Assembly (NCBI RefSeq): GCF_006345805.1
Contig: NC_043009.1
Span: 28,644,001-28,708,000 of the forward strand
From: Octopus sinensis
Lineage: Eukaryota
Reading direction: 5' to 3'
Length of the DNA: 64,000 nucleotides
The notes under the pieces are model-generated. The model did no database searches, was not told the origin of the DNA, and worked only from the letters and a program-made list of their open reading frames with translations. This document shows, one piece after another, positions 11,782-23,300 of this stretch (positions are counted from its first letter, which is position 1; each line of letters opens with the position of its first letter). A program made the translations under genes and the position numbers.

Positions 11782-12091
11782 TACAATTCTATATTTAAGA
11801 GATGAGGAATTATGTACATTATTTACATTATTAACATTATTTACATTTGACAGATATTTGTCCTCCTCTTGTTTTTTGTTAACACAACGTTTCGGTTGAT
11901 ATACCTCCAGCCTTCATCAGGTGTCGTGGGGAAATTTCAAACCTGGGTTCTCATTCCTAAGGTATTTTTCGATATAATTATTATTATTATTATTATTATT
12001 ATTAAGGTCGCTGCTTGGAACCAAACTTGGAATCTTGGGGTTAGAAGCCCGCACTCTTAACCACTACACCAAATGTAAATAATGTAAAGAA
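11782..12091 (-). mobile_element. Hammerhead-bearing tRNA-headed SINE (HH-SINE), inserted in a family-2 SINE
   Basis: tRNA-like head, (AAT)n, then body with hammerhead. 11-bp TSD TGGTACTTATT at 11771-11781 and 12092-12102. Confidence 0.85.
11881..11925 (-). ncRNA. Minimal type I hammerhead motif in HH-SINE
   Basis: GACAC CTGATGA A GGCTG gaggtatat CAACC GAA ACGT T GTGTT. Core intact; one stem II mismatch. Confidence 0.75.
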
Positions 12092-12886
12092 TGGTACTTA
12101 TTCAATCGACTCTGATAGAATGTAAGACAAAGTCGACCTCAATGAAATTTGAACTCAGAACATGAAGACGGACTAAATGCCAATAAGCATTTTGCCCGGC
12201 ATGCTAATGATTCTGCCAGCTTGGTGCTTTACATTTCTAAACAATATTTGTGTGCTTTGTGAAAGCAGTTGACCTTGTGTCTGAGTTGTCACCTTCATGA
12301 TCATAAGATGAAAGTTTTGATTCTGGGCCAGGTGGTGTGTTTTATTCTTGAGCGAAAATATTTAGTTTCATGTTACTTTCTGAACACTTCGACATCTGAC
12401 TTGTGGCATATTACATGTCTGTACTGGCAATATCAATATATTACATGTATATACATATATATGTATATAAATATATATATATATCGAAAGAGAGGGAGGG
12501 AAGGAGAATGAATGATAGATAAAATGATGGATAGAGATAAATAAATAGATGCTTATATATATATGTGTGTGTGTGTGTTTGTATATGTATGTGTGTGTTT
12601 GTATATGTATGTGTGTGTAATTGTGTAGTTATATACACACATATTTATATGTGTGTGAATGTATGCGTACAGACTTTTCTAATGTAAAAGAAAAAATACA
12701 GAAAGTGCTTGTATCAAGTCTTTGAGGAAGAAAAGTTAGAAAGTGATAGAGAAAGAATCGATGAAAGAGATAGAAAGAGAAGAAATAGGGAAAGAGAGAA
12801 TGGTGGAATAAGTAAAAGAGATTTAAAGAAAAGGGAAAATATAAGCCAAGTGTGGGAAAGATAAGAGAACCACTGCAAGTCTACTC

Positions 12887-13281
12887 TCTTTACTCTTTTA
12901 CTCTTTTACTTGTTTCAGTCATTTGACTGCAGCCATGCTGGAGCACCGCCTTTTAGTCGAGCAAATCGACCCCAGGGCTTATTCTTTGTAAGCCTAGTAC
13001 TTATTCTATCGGTCTCTTTTGCCGAACCGCTAAGTGACGGGGACATAAACATACCAGCATCAAGGGACAAACACAGACACACAAACACACACACGCATAT
13101 ATATATATACATATATACAACAGGCTTCTTTCAGTTTCCGTCTACCAAATCCACTCACAAGGCTTTGGATGGCTCGAGTCTATAGTAGAAGACACTTTTC
13201 CAAGATGCCACGCAGTGGGACTGAACCCGGAACCATGTGGTTGGTAAGCAAGCTACTTACCACACAGCCACTCCTGCGCCT
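12887..13281 (-). mobile_element. SINE family 1 (duplicate of 11280-11672)
   Basis: Part of the 1.6-kb tandem duplication. Confidence 0.9.
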
Positions 13282-13390
13282 ACGTCACATTTCTAAGTGA
13301 AATTGGCTTCAAATTTTGGTACAAGACAAGCAATTTTGGGTTAAAGGTTAAGTCAATTATATCAACCCCAGTATATAACTGGTACTTATT

Positions 13391-13585
13391 TACAATTCTA
13401 TATTTAAGAGATGAGGAATTATGTACATTATTTACATTATTAACATTATTTACATTTGACAGATATTTGTCCTCCTCTTGTTTTTTGTTAACACAACGTT
13501 TCGGTTGATATACCTCCAGCCTTCATCAGGTGTCGTGGGGAAATTTCAAACCTGGGTTCTCATTCCTAAGGTATTTTTCGATATA

Positions 13586-13617
<32 letters not shown>

Positions 13618-13703
13618 GGTCGCTGCTTGGAACCAAACTTGGAATCTTGGGGTTAGAAGCCCGCACTCTTAACCACTACACCAAATGTAAATAATGTAAA
13701 GAA
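13391..13703 (-). mobile_element. HH-SINE (duplicate copy; hammerhead at 13490-13534)
   Basis: Same sequence and TSD (13380-13390, 13704-13714) as 11782-12091. Confidence 0.85.
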
Positions 13704-14799
13704 TGGTACTTATTCAATCGACTCTGATAGAATGTAAGACAAAGTCGACCTCAATGAAATTTGAACTCAGAACATGAAGACGGACTAAATGCCAATAAGC
13801 ATTTTGCCCGGCATGCTAATGATTCTGCCAGCTTGGTGCTTTACATTTCTAAACAATATTTGTGTGCTTTGTGAAAGCAGTTGACCTTGTGTCTGAGTTG
13901 TCACCTTCATGATCATAAGATGAAAGTTTTGATTCTGGGCCAGGTGGTGTGTTTTATTCTTGAGCGAAAATATTTAGTTTCATGTTACTTTCTGAACACT
14001 TCGACATCTGACTTGTGGCATATTACATGTCTGTACTGGCAATATCAATATATTACATGTATATACATATATATGTATATAAATATATATATGTATATGC
14101 AAATATACAAAATTTATGTACATATAACAAACTAAGTGAATGAGATTTTTATAATGTAATTTAAGTCATCTGACAATTTAATTAAGGTGTGAAATGAGAA
14201 TCTGACTTGTGTTTGCATTTAATTTTCTACATTCATATGATGGGTATAAAGGCAATATACACTCTCTTTCTCTTCCTCTGTATGTATGTATGTATACATA
14301 CATACATATATACATACATGTATATATCATATACAATACATGTACATCGATATGATTATGGTTTATATATTGCCCCAGCATAGCCATTACCCATTAACTG
14401 GGATGGTTAAAACTAGAGAGTGTATGTGTGTATACATGCACACACATACATATACAATATGATACATAGATGTATGTATGTATGCATAATGTGTGTATGT
14501 ATGTATGCATGTATGTATGTATGTGTGCATGTATGTATGTATGTGTCCGTGTATTTGTGCATGTATGTATGCATATGTGTGTATGTATGCATTTATGTGT
14601 GTGTGTATATATATGTGTCTGTGTGTGTATATGGATGTATATATTATGTACATAATATATACATGTATATATTATGTATGCATGCATGAATGTGTATGTA
14701 CCACGTATGTACGTGTGTATGTGTGTATGTATGTATGTATGTATGTATGTATGTATGTATGTATGTATGTATCTATGTATGTATGTATGTATGTATGTT

Positions 14800-16250
14800 G
14801 CTGAGTGACTCAGCAGTGGCGTGAGGCATGTTACAGCTGTTCCCAAGACAACAACAGTTTATGCCATTCAACTAATCGGAAATGATTTGCACCAGTTCCA
14901 ATCACTACACATATCCGTGATGTTAAGTGTTCAATATATTAACTCTTATGATTCAGTTTTTAATTACAACACTTTAATGCTTTTACCGGACGAAATTTTC
15001 CAATATCTTTCCTCAATATCAGAAGAACAAACAGTAAAATAGAGAGCAGATCATAGTTTGTGTGCAATTCTTTTATTTTCTGCTTTGTCGAATTGTGTCT
15101 CATGCAATGGATTAGCAACAGAAAAAGGCCACAATTGAATTTGGCATCAATAAAAAGATGTAGCGTAGCTAGAGTGTGTCACCCACGTCTGCCCTTGTGT
15201 GTGCCCCCACCTCAGCAGTGCTTCGAAGCCTATACAGACTTATGCAGCAGTCTCAAATGACGCCCCCCCACCTAAAAGCCTCAGCTGGTGTTTACTGCTC
15301 TCCCTCTTCCTAGCCATGATGGTGAGCAGAAGTGGTCACTGGAATGCGACTGCTGGGGTTAAAATTGGAGAATTTTAGTTGAACGAATCAACCCTGGTAC
15401 TTTTTTTAAAGCCTGGGAATTATTCTGTTGATCTCTTTTGCAGAAATTCTAAGTTACGGGGACATAAACACACCAACATCAGTTGTCAAGCAGTAGTGGG
15501 GAACAAACATTGACACAAACACACACACACATGCACATACAGACACATATATGCATATACAGGATGAGCTTCTTTCAGTTTCTGTCTACCAAATCCACTC
15601 ATGAGGCTTTGGCTGGCTCAAAGCTACAGTAGTTGACACTTGCCCAAGGGGCCACATGGTGGCACTGAACCTGAAACCATGTTGCTGGGAAGCAAATTTC
15701 TTAGCATTCTGTGGAAATATCGAAGCATGATGAGGTAGTGGTGGTTACGGGAATTTTAATATAATACATCAAACTTTGGATGCAGATACAAAAGCACCAA
15801 TATCTAAACACAAAATAAATGTACTTTGATGACTTTTCTCCAACTAGATGCACTGCAGATATTGAGTACATCGCCAATAGCTGTAGCACCTACTTAGAGA
15901 TCTTATCTTCAATTAAAGTGCATCGAGAGTTTCTTTAAGAGAATGACACAGGAGAGACTAAATGATAAAACTGTCCTTTGTACTGAAAGCGAACTAGTAG
16001 GGTGCATTGACTTGACTGAAATAACAAAAAAACATTTGCTTTAAAGAATGGCATGAACTGCATATTTCCCTTCATTAGAATCTGTTCACTAATGCAGAAT
16101 GGATTCTACATTAGCGATCACATTAAAGTAATTCTTGACGAAGTATTTAAATCGTCAATAATTTATTCCCTAAAATGAAGATATCTATACTTTTTCTCTT
16201 TTCCTAAAAATAATCCTGTTGATTATCGAAGGCCTCTATTCACAGGCAAT
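14800..16250 (+). pseudogene. Decayed LRR-containing gene, possibly a Toll-like receptor C-terminal half, interrupted by a SINE
   Basis: LRR-like IQLIGNDL and YNTLMLLPDEIFQYLSSI; LRRCT-like NSFIFCFVELCLMQWI; hydrophobic SLSWCLLLSLFL; then ILWKYR..WWLREF and a weak TIR-like YFDDF..AD.EYI..LE..VHREF. Multiple stops and frameshifts. Confidence 0.45.
15335..15703 (-). mobile_element. SINE family 1 (degenerate)
   Basis: CTTTCAGTTTCTGTCTACCAAATCCACTCA...CACTTGCCCAAGG as in the other family-1 copies. Confidence 0.85.
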
Positions 16251-16386
16251 TTCATAAAACAAATGAATTCTTTACGTTTTGCAACAGTGTTGAAGTCTAT
16301 CAAAGTGCTCAGTATAAAATTTACCAAATGAAAGGGATTAAAAAATCCTAAATCTTTATTGAGTTTCATATTTGGAAAACATATGA

Positions 16387-16605
16387 TGGCGAGCTGACAG
16401 AATCGTTAGCATGACAGACAAAATGCTTTTGTGACATCTCGTCTGTCTTTAAGTTCTGAGTTCAAATTCCACCATCGTCAACTTTGCCTTTCATCCTTTT
16501 GGAGTCGATAAAATAAGTACCAGTTGAACACTGGGGTTGATGTAATTGACTTGCCGCACCCCCAAAATTGCTGGCCTTTTACCAAAATTTGAAATCAATA
16601 TTGGA
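16387..16605 (+). mobile_element. SINE family 2
   Basis: GGCGAGCTGACAGAATCGTTAGC head, GTTCAAATTCC box and family core. Confidence 0.85.
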
Positions 16606-16946
16606 AAAGAATATAAGAAATATAAAACCTTTACTACATAAAATAGGACTTCTCATAATCATTTATATCTAATATAGTCTTCACAAGACTTGCACACACA
16701 CACTAACGCATACACATGCACACACACACATTATATCGTTCGATCAGACAGTCTCTCTAAAATAGCTAAACCCTTTGAGAAGGGATAATGTTGAAGAGGC
16801 AAAGGAGATTAAAACAAATGTTAAAATGTAAATCCTGTGAACTTTATGCAAGACACTTTTTATTCTTTGTTGTAACTTGACAAAAGATCCCTGTCCAAAA
16901 CGTTAATCTGTAATAAAGCTGGATTATTGAATTACTGATACAATTC

Positions 16947-17039
<93 letters not shown>

Positions 17040-17654
17040 AAAGAAGAAGAATTGGTTGTGGTACTGGACTGGTACTGATGGTGATGGTAGTGGTGCGAGT
17101 GGTAGAGGTAGTGATAATGGCAATTGTGGTGGTGGTAGAGATGGAGTTGGAGTTGGTGCTGTTGGTAGCCATAGTTGTGGTGGTATTGGTGGTAGAGCAA
17201 AAGTTGTGTTGTTGGCAGTAGTGGTAGTTGTTGCTGTAGTAGTAGCATGGTTGGTCATAGTGGTAGTGATGGCCGTAGTGTTGGTAGTTGTAGCTGACTG
17301 GTACCATATCCAAGAATAAACATACATTACCCAATATATCTTCCCTGTTTTAAGATAGTAGGATAGGTTTTGAAGGTCATTTGGCTGCTACTTCTGCAAG
17401 ATCAAGCAACCGCGTAGAGGCTCTCCCGTTCGTTTGATTATGTAGCAGTTGTTGTTGCTTTTTAGCCCCTGGACATCCCTGACTGAGTAAGCATATGATC
17501 AAAAGACATTCCAATCATCACTAACCTCCTTTTTCTTCCTGTTTTTCCTTCAATGAATCTTGGTGTCTCATTCACCAGTGTTTCCTTTTCTAAGATGATA
17601 CACATAGAAATTGAGGCAGATTTCACTGCTATTTCTGTCAAAGCCCGTAGCTAA

Positions 17655-18190
17655 GTGGTTAGGAATATTCGGCTCATGATCAGTAGGTCGTATGTTCAAT
17701 ACCCGGTAGCACAAAACACTTTATTTCACATTACTACAGTCCACTCCACTGGCAAAAATGGTTGTATAGATGGCAAACTGGCAGAGACATTAGTGCGCCG
17801 GGTGAGATGCTTAGCTGTATTTCGTCTGCCGTTACGTTCTGGGTTCAAACTCAGCCAAGGTTGACTTTGCCTTTCATCCTTTCAGGGTCAATAAATTAAA
17901 GTACCAGTTACGCACTGGGGTCGATATAATCGACATAATCCCTTTGTCTGTCCTTGCTTGTCCCCTCTATGTTTAGCCCCTTGTGTGCAATAAAGAAATT
18001 TAAAAAATGGTTGCATCTGTAATTCAAAGGGTCGACCTTGTCATATTCTGTATCACATTGAATTTTCCCGAGAGCTATGTAAGGGTACCAGTGTCTGTGG
18101 AGTACTCAACCATGTGCACGTTAATTTCACAAGCAAGCTGTTCCGTTGATTGGATCAACTGGAACACTCATAGTTGCAACTGATGGAGCA
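17655..18190 (+). mobile_element. SINE family 3 interrupted by a family-2 SINE (about 17765-18002)
   Basis: Family-3 head and body flank a complete family-2 copy. TSD AAAAATGGTTG at 17754-17764 and 18003-18013. Confidence 0.8.
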
Positions 18191-18259
18191 TCAATTCTTT
18201 TACTGCTATTTCTAGCAAGTCCAGCGACAATGTAGAAACTCCGTCATTGGCGTAAGTAT

Positions 18260-18665
18260 TTTGGCACAAGGCCAGCAATTTCAAGAGATGGAGATTAGTC
18301 AATTACATCAACCCCAGTGCATAGCTGGCACTTATTTTATTGACCCCGAAAGGATGAAAGGCAAAGTCAACCCGACAGCATTTGAACTCAAAACATGAAG
18401 ATTTTTTCCAACATTCTAACAATTCCATGATCTCACCACTTTCTAACCATTTCAAATTTTGTCACAATGCCATCAACCTAGGGATAAAGGGGATTAGTAG
18501 ATTATATTCACCCGCAAAGCTTGACTGGCACTTTATTTTACCAACCCCAAAAGATGAAAAACAAAGTTGCCCTCGAGGGGATTTGAACGCAGAATGCAAA
18601 GAACCGGAAGGAAAGGTGCAAATCATTTTGCCCGATACATTAATGATTCTCTCAGCTTGTTGCCA
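18260..18665 (-). mobile_element. Two adjacent degenerate family-2 SINEs
   Basis: GGATGAAAGGCAAAGTCAAC at about 18352 and a weaker copy at about 18552. Confidence 0.65.
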
Positions 18666-20247
18666 CTAAATTTAATTATTAAAAAAACCCCTTCTTTATA
18701 TAAATTGACTTTAATGCAAGGCAAATCATTAGAAACTATATTGAATATTTAATGGACTTGCCATAAAATATTTGTCCAAGATCAGATTGCTATAAATTAT
18801 TGGAAAATGTTTTCTTTTCTAATTTTGATAATGCTCTTGGGAAAGGCATAATTATCACAAATTCCTATTTCTGTTTTTTTTTGTTTTTTTTTCTTTTTCT
18901 CCTAGTCAACGATAAATATTCATTTGTAATTAAGACACTCTTATTAAAGCTGTTGAGAACGACACTATGCATAGATTAGAAATAGTAACACCAGTGGTAT
19001 GGTCACTTATGCCACCACTTGTGCTACCGTTAGTACTTCAACAATCCCCACCACCTCTACCATCATCAACACCCCTACCAATACTGGCACTACAGACAAT
19101 AACAGCACCAATAACAAATATAACAGTGCCACAAGCACCACACCACCACCACCACCACTATCAATACTACTACCATCACTGTCACCAGTGCTTCTACTAA
19201 CTGAGCAAATGTCAGTATAATTAACATCACCACCACCACTTCCACCACCAGTATTAGTACTGCTGCCATCACTGCCACTGTACACCACACCTATGTCACC
19301 ACTGCTACCACCATCACCACCACCACCACCACAACAACAACAACAACACAACAACAACACCACTATCACAGCTATAACAACCACAAGTGCAATTACTTCA
19401 ATGAGTACTACAACCACTACCATCACCGGGGTCGCAACCACTACAACAGATCGCTACTACCAACACCACCAATACTACCAACACTAGCACCATTACCATC
19501 ATCATCACCTTTATCACAGATATCACATCCATGAGTGACAATACTACTACTACTACTACTACTACTACTATCACCACCACCACCACCACCAGCATCACAA
19601 ATACCACACCATCAACACTTTTACTACTGCCACCATTATCATAGATATCCCATTTACCAGTGCGACCACCACTACCAATACTATCAGCACCCCCACTGAC
19701 ACTACCACCACCACCACCAACACCACCAACAACAACAACAACACCTTCATAGATGACATGACAACTGCGGCTGCAACTACTTTTTAATTATGTGTGGATA
19801 TGAAATATAGAATGAACTAACATCAGGGGAATAGCAAGCGTTCAATGCAGAATTAATGAGTATTAATACAAAAGGTATGTTTAATTAAATCATTGGACAA
19901 AGACGAAGATATACTGCTGAAGAATTAATGCCTCTTAATAAAATGATCCGAATAATTATTGGTGCCCTCGTCTGGATTCTCTACGTGTGTGTATGTGTGT
20001 GTGTGTGTGGTGTGTGTGTGTGTGTATGTGTGTGTGTGTGTATGTTTGTGTGTGTATGGGTTTGTTCATGGATAAGTATATGTGTGTGTGTGTGTGTGTG
20101 TGTACATATGTGTGTGTATACATTTATGATTTAATTATTCACACGTTAAATGTGTGTATGTGAGTGTCTATGTATGATTAAATTATTCACACATCAAATA
20201 TATTTGTGTGAATGTATGCAAAATAGATTCTTTGTTTTGGCTTGTCG

Positions 20248-20312
<65 letters not shown>

Positions 20313-20639
20313 TCTGTGTAGATAGAAAGATGGATATATAGGAAAATATATATATAGATAGATAAATAGATAGATTGATTGATTGATAGATAGATCTTAA
20401 CTCATCTCAAGAGGCAGTGAATGGGCAAAATCATCAGATTGTGCTATTTATACTGAGTTCAAATCTTGCTGAGGTCAAATTTAATTATTCCTTCAGGGTC
20501 AATAAATACAATGCCATTCAAGTACAAAGCCATCTCTATCTCTGAATCAAGTATATAGGAGAGGCCAAAGGAAGAGGTATTGTAATTGTGGCCCCACAAA
20601 TCCTCTTTGGAATTAATAAGAAAAAAAAACATCACCAAG

Positions 20640-20795
20640 ATATATTATTTACCTTATTTACAATTGATGGATATTTGTCTTCATCTTGTTTGTTGTTAAC
20701 ACAATGTTTCAGATGATATACCCTCCAGCCTTCGTCAGGTGTCTTGGGGAAATTTCAAACCTGGTTTCTCATTCCTAAGGCATTTTTCAATGTTG

Positions 20796-20846
<51 letters not shown>

Positions 20847-20915
20847 TCACTGCTTAGAATCGAACTCAGAATCTTGGGGTTAGTAGCCTGTGCTTGAAAC
20901 CACTATGCCATATGT
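20640..20915 (-). mobile_element. HH-SINE, older copy (hammerhead 20698-20743 decayed)
   Basis: Same head-(AAT)n-body layout. CUGACGA is retained but stem III ACGU has become ACAU. Confidence 0.85.
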
Positions 20916-21634
20916 TCGTTGTTATGTTTCTTAAAATATGACTGAATACATGTACCTGCATCATGTTCTGGAGATTTCCGTAAATAAATGCATTCTAAGT
21001 GCAGAGAGAGAGATAAATGTGTCCTGGTATATTTTAATTAATATACCTTTGTTTGTTTTTAATTAACTTACTCGACATAGCATTATATTCATATTTCTCT
21101 AAGCTTTCATTTACTGATTTCATTGATAGATTGTGCATAGAAATACCATATTTTCTATTTTCATATATAGTAACACACCTATGGAAGATGGGCATTAAAC
21201 GATAATGATGATGATGATGATGATGATAATATATATTGAAGGAAAGAATAACTAATGGATGTATAAATAATTTATTTCTTTGATATAAAGATGCTGAAAT
21301 TTTTTATAAAGACAATACAAATAAATCATAAGTTGTAAAGCTCTGAAAGACATACTAGATGCCAAAAATCTACATATATATTTCTATCCATGCCCCTAGC
21401 TGATATGTAATTCTAAGCATTTGCTAAGAATTGGTATCATTTTCAACTGTATGGGGTAGAATCTCATCAGGACTTTATGAGCTTATAGAACAAAAGGGTT
21501 AACATATTTCTTGAAAGGATGCAGAAAAATTACCCTTTATAAATATATATATATATATACATACATACATATATAAATATATATATACATATATATACAT
21601 ACACACACAGATATATATATATATATATGTTAAT

Positions 21635-22890
21635 AAATAGAAATATATGCATATATATAAACATATATGTACGTACCTACCTCTACATGTACATATACAC
21701 GCATATATGTGTACAGGACACCAAAAAGACGTCGAACCATAGAGAGACGAACCACATAGACACAACCAAGGACAAGACAAGGCAAAAAAAAAAAAAAAAA
21801 GGGAGAGATACAGGACAATAAGCACAACGAAAAATCCCCTTCTTCAGTCGCTAAGATTTCATCTACTAAACGTTTCGAAGGATAAAAGCGAGACGTATAC
21901 TTCGAGAAAAAATTCCTTCCCGCGAAAAGCAATCAATTAAAATTCTGAGATCTTTTCGCAGAGGGGTAAAAAAAAAAGCAAGACGGTAACGACAGTACAA
22001 ATATCTACAGTAAAAAATATTGATATAAAGATAAACAGTGGAAAAATAAATATATAACAGTGAGAGACAAGACAAGGAGAACAAGATAAGAAGGGCTGTT
22101 AACGCAGACGAAAAAAGTATTGTAAACGCTGGATTATCGTGGAGACAGAGAGGGAAAGTTGTCAACCAGAAGCCTTGCAAAGTGGGCGAGAAAGGACAGG
22201 AATAGCAGTTACGACGGAAGTATCGTCGCAGATGGATGACGGGAATGGGGGAGGAGGAGCAAGAGGAAGAGAGAGAAGAAGGGGAATGGTGCGAGGAACC
22301 ATGAAGAATGGTGAAAGGGAGAGAGAGAATGAAGAATGAGAGAGAGAGGAAGAGACAAGTTAAGTGAGGGAAAAAAGACGAAAAAGGGGAATGGGAGAGA
22401 AAGAAAGAAAGATGCAGAGTCGCGTGAGAGTTAATATCAAGGCTAACTTGATAAACAAACAATCTTACTTAGTAGGGTGCGTGCGTTTAGTCGTATAATA
22501 TGTTTTAAAAATAGAATATATGCATATATATAACATATATGTACGTACCTACCTCTAATGTACATATACACGCATATATGTGTACAGGACACCAAAAAGA
22601 CGTCGAACACATAGAGAGACGAAACACATAGACACAAACCAAGGAACAAGACAAGCAAAAAAAAAAAAAAAGGGAGATACAGGACAATAAGCACAACGAA
22701 AAATCCCCTTCTTCAGTCGCTAAGATTTCATCTACTAAACGTTTCGAAGGATAAAAGCGAGACGTATACTTCGAAGAAAAATTCCTTCCCGCGAAAAGCA
22801 AATCAATTAAAATTCTGAGATCTTTTCGCAGAGGGGTAAAAAAAAAAAAGCAAGACGGTAACGACAGTACAAACATATAAACAGTAAAAA

Positions 22891-22894
<4 letters not shown>
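21635..22894 (-). mobile_element. Young non-coding element with ~385-bp direct terminal repeats, in (TA)n (PLE partial-tandem or retrozyme-like)
   Basis: 21635-22020 repeats at 22509-22894 (offset about 874). CpG-rich, with (TA)n on both sides. Each repeat has GAAACGTT and CTGAAGA on the minus strand. Confidence 0.6.
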
Positions 22895-22921
<27 letters not shown>

Positions 22922-22934
22922 TGTAAATATTCTC

Positions 22935-23187
22935 TTATTCTCTTGCTTGTTTCAGTCATTTGACTGCAGCCATACTGGACCACTACCTTAAAGGGTGTGA
23001 GCCAAAGAAATCGAACCCACGACTCATTCTTCGTAAGCCTAATGCTTATTCTAAGTCATGGAGACATAAACACACTAGCATCGGTTGTCAAACACACACA
23101 TATACACAAATATATACATACACACACACACATATATATATGTATATATATACATACATATATATATATATACATACATACATACAT

Positions 23188-23238
<51 letters not shown>

Positions 23239-23300
23239 ATAATATATGTATATATACGACAGGCTTCTTCCAGTTTTTTTCTACCAAATCCACTCTCAAG
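22935..23300 (-). mobile_element. SINE family 1, partial
   Basis: CTTGTTTCAGTCATTTGACTGCAGCCAT tail and CAGGCTTCTT...CTACCAAATCCACTC body. Confidence 0.8.

Larger units (their letters stand above)
10878..14092 (+). repeat. Near-identical ~1.61-kb tandem duplication (10878-12484 and 12485-14092)
   Basis: Offset 1607-1612 throughout, with only a few SNPs and SSR length differences. Breakpoints fall in (TA)n. Confidence 0.95.
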
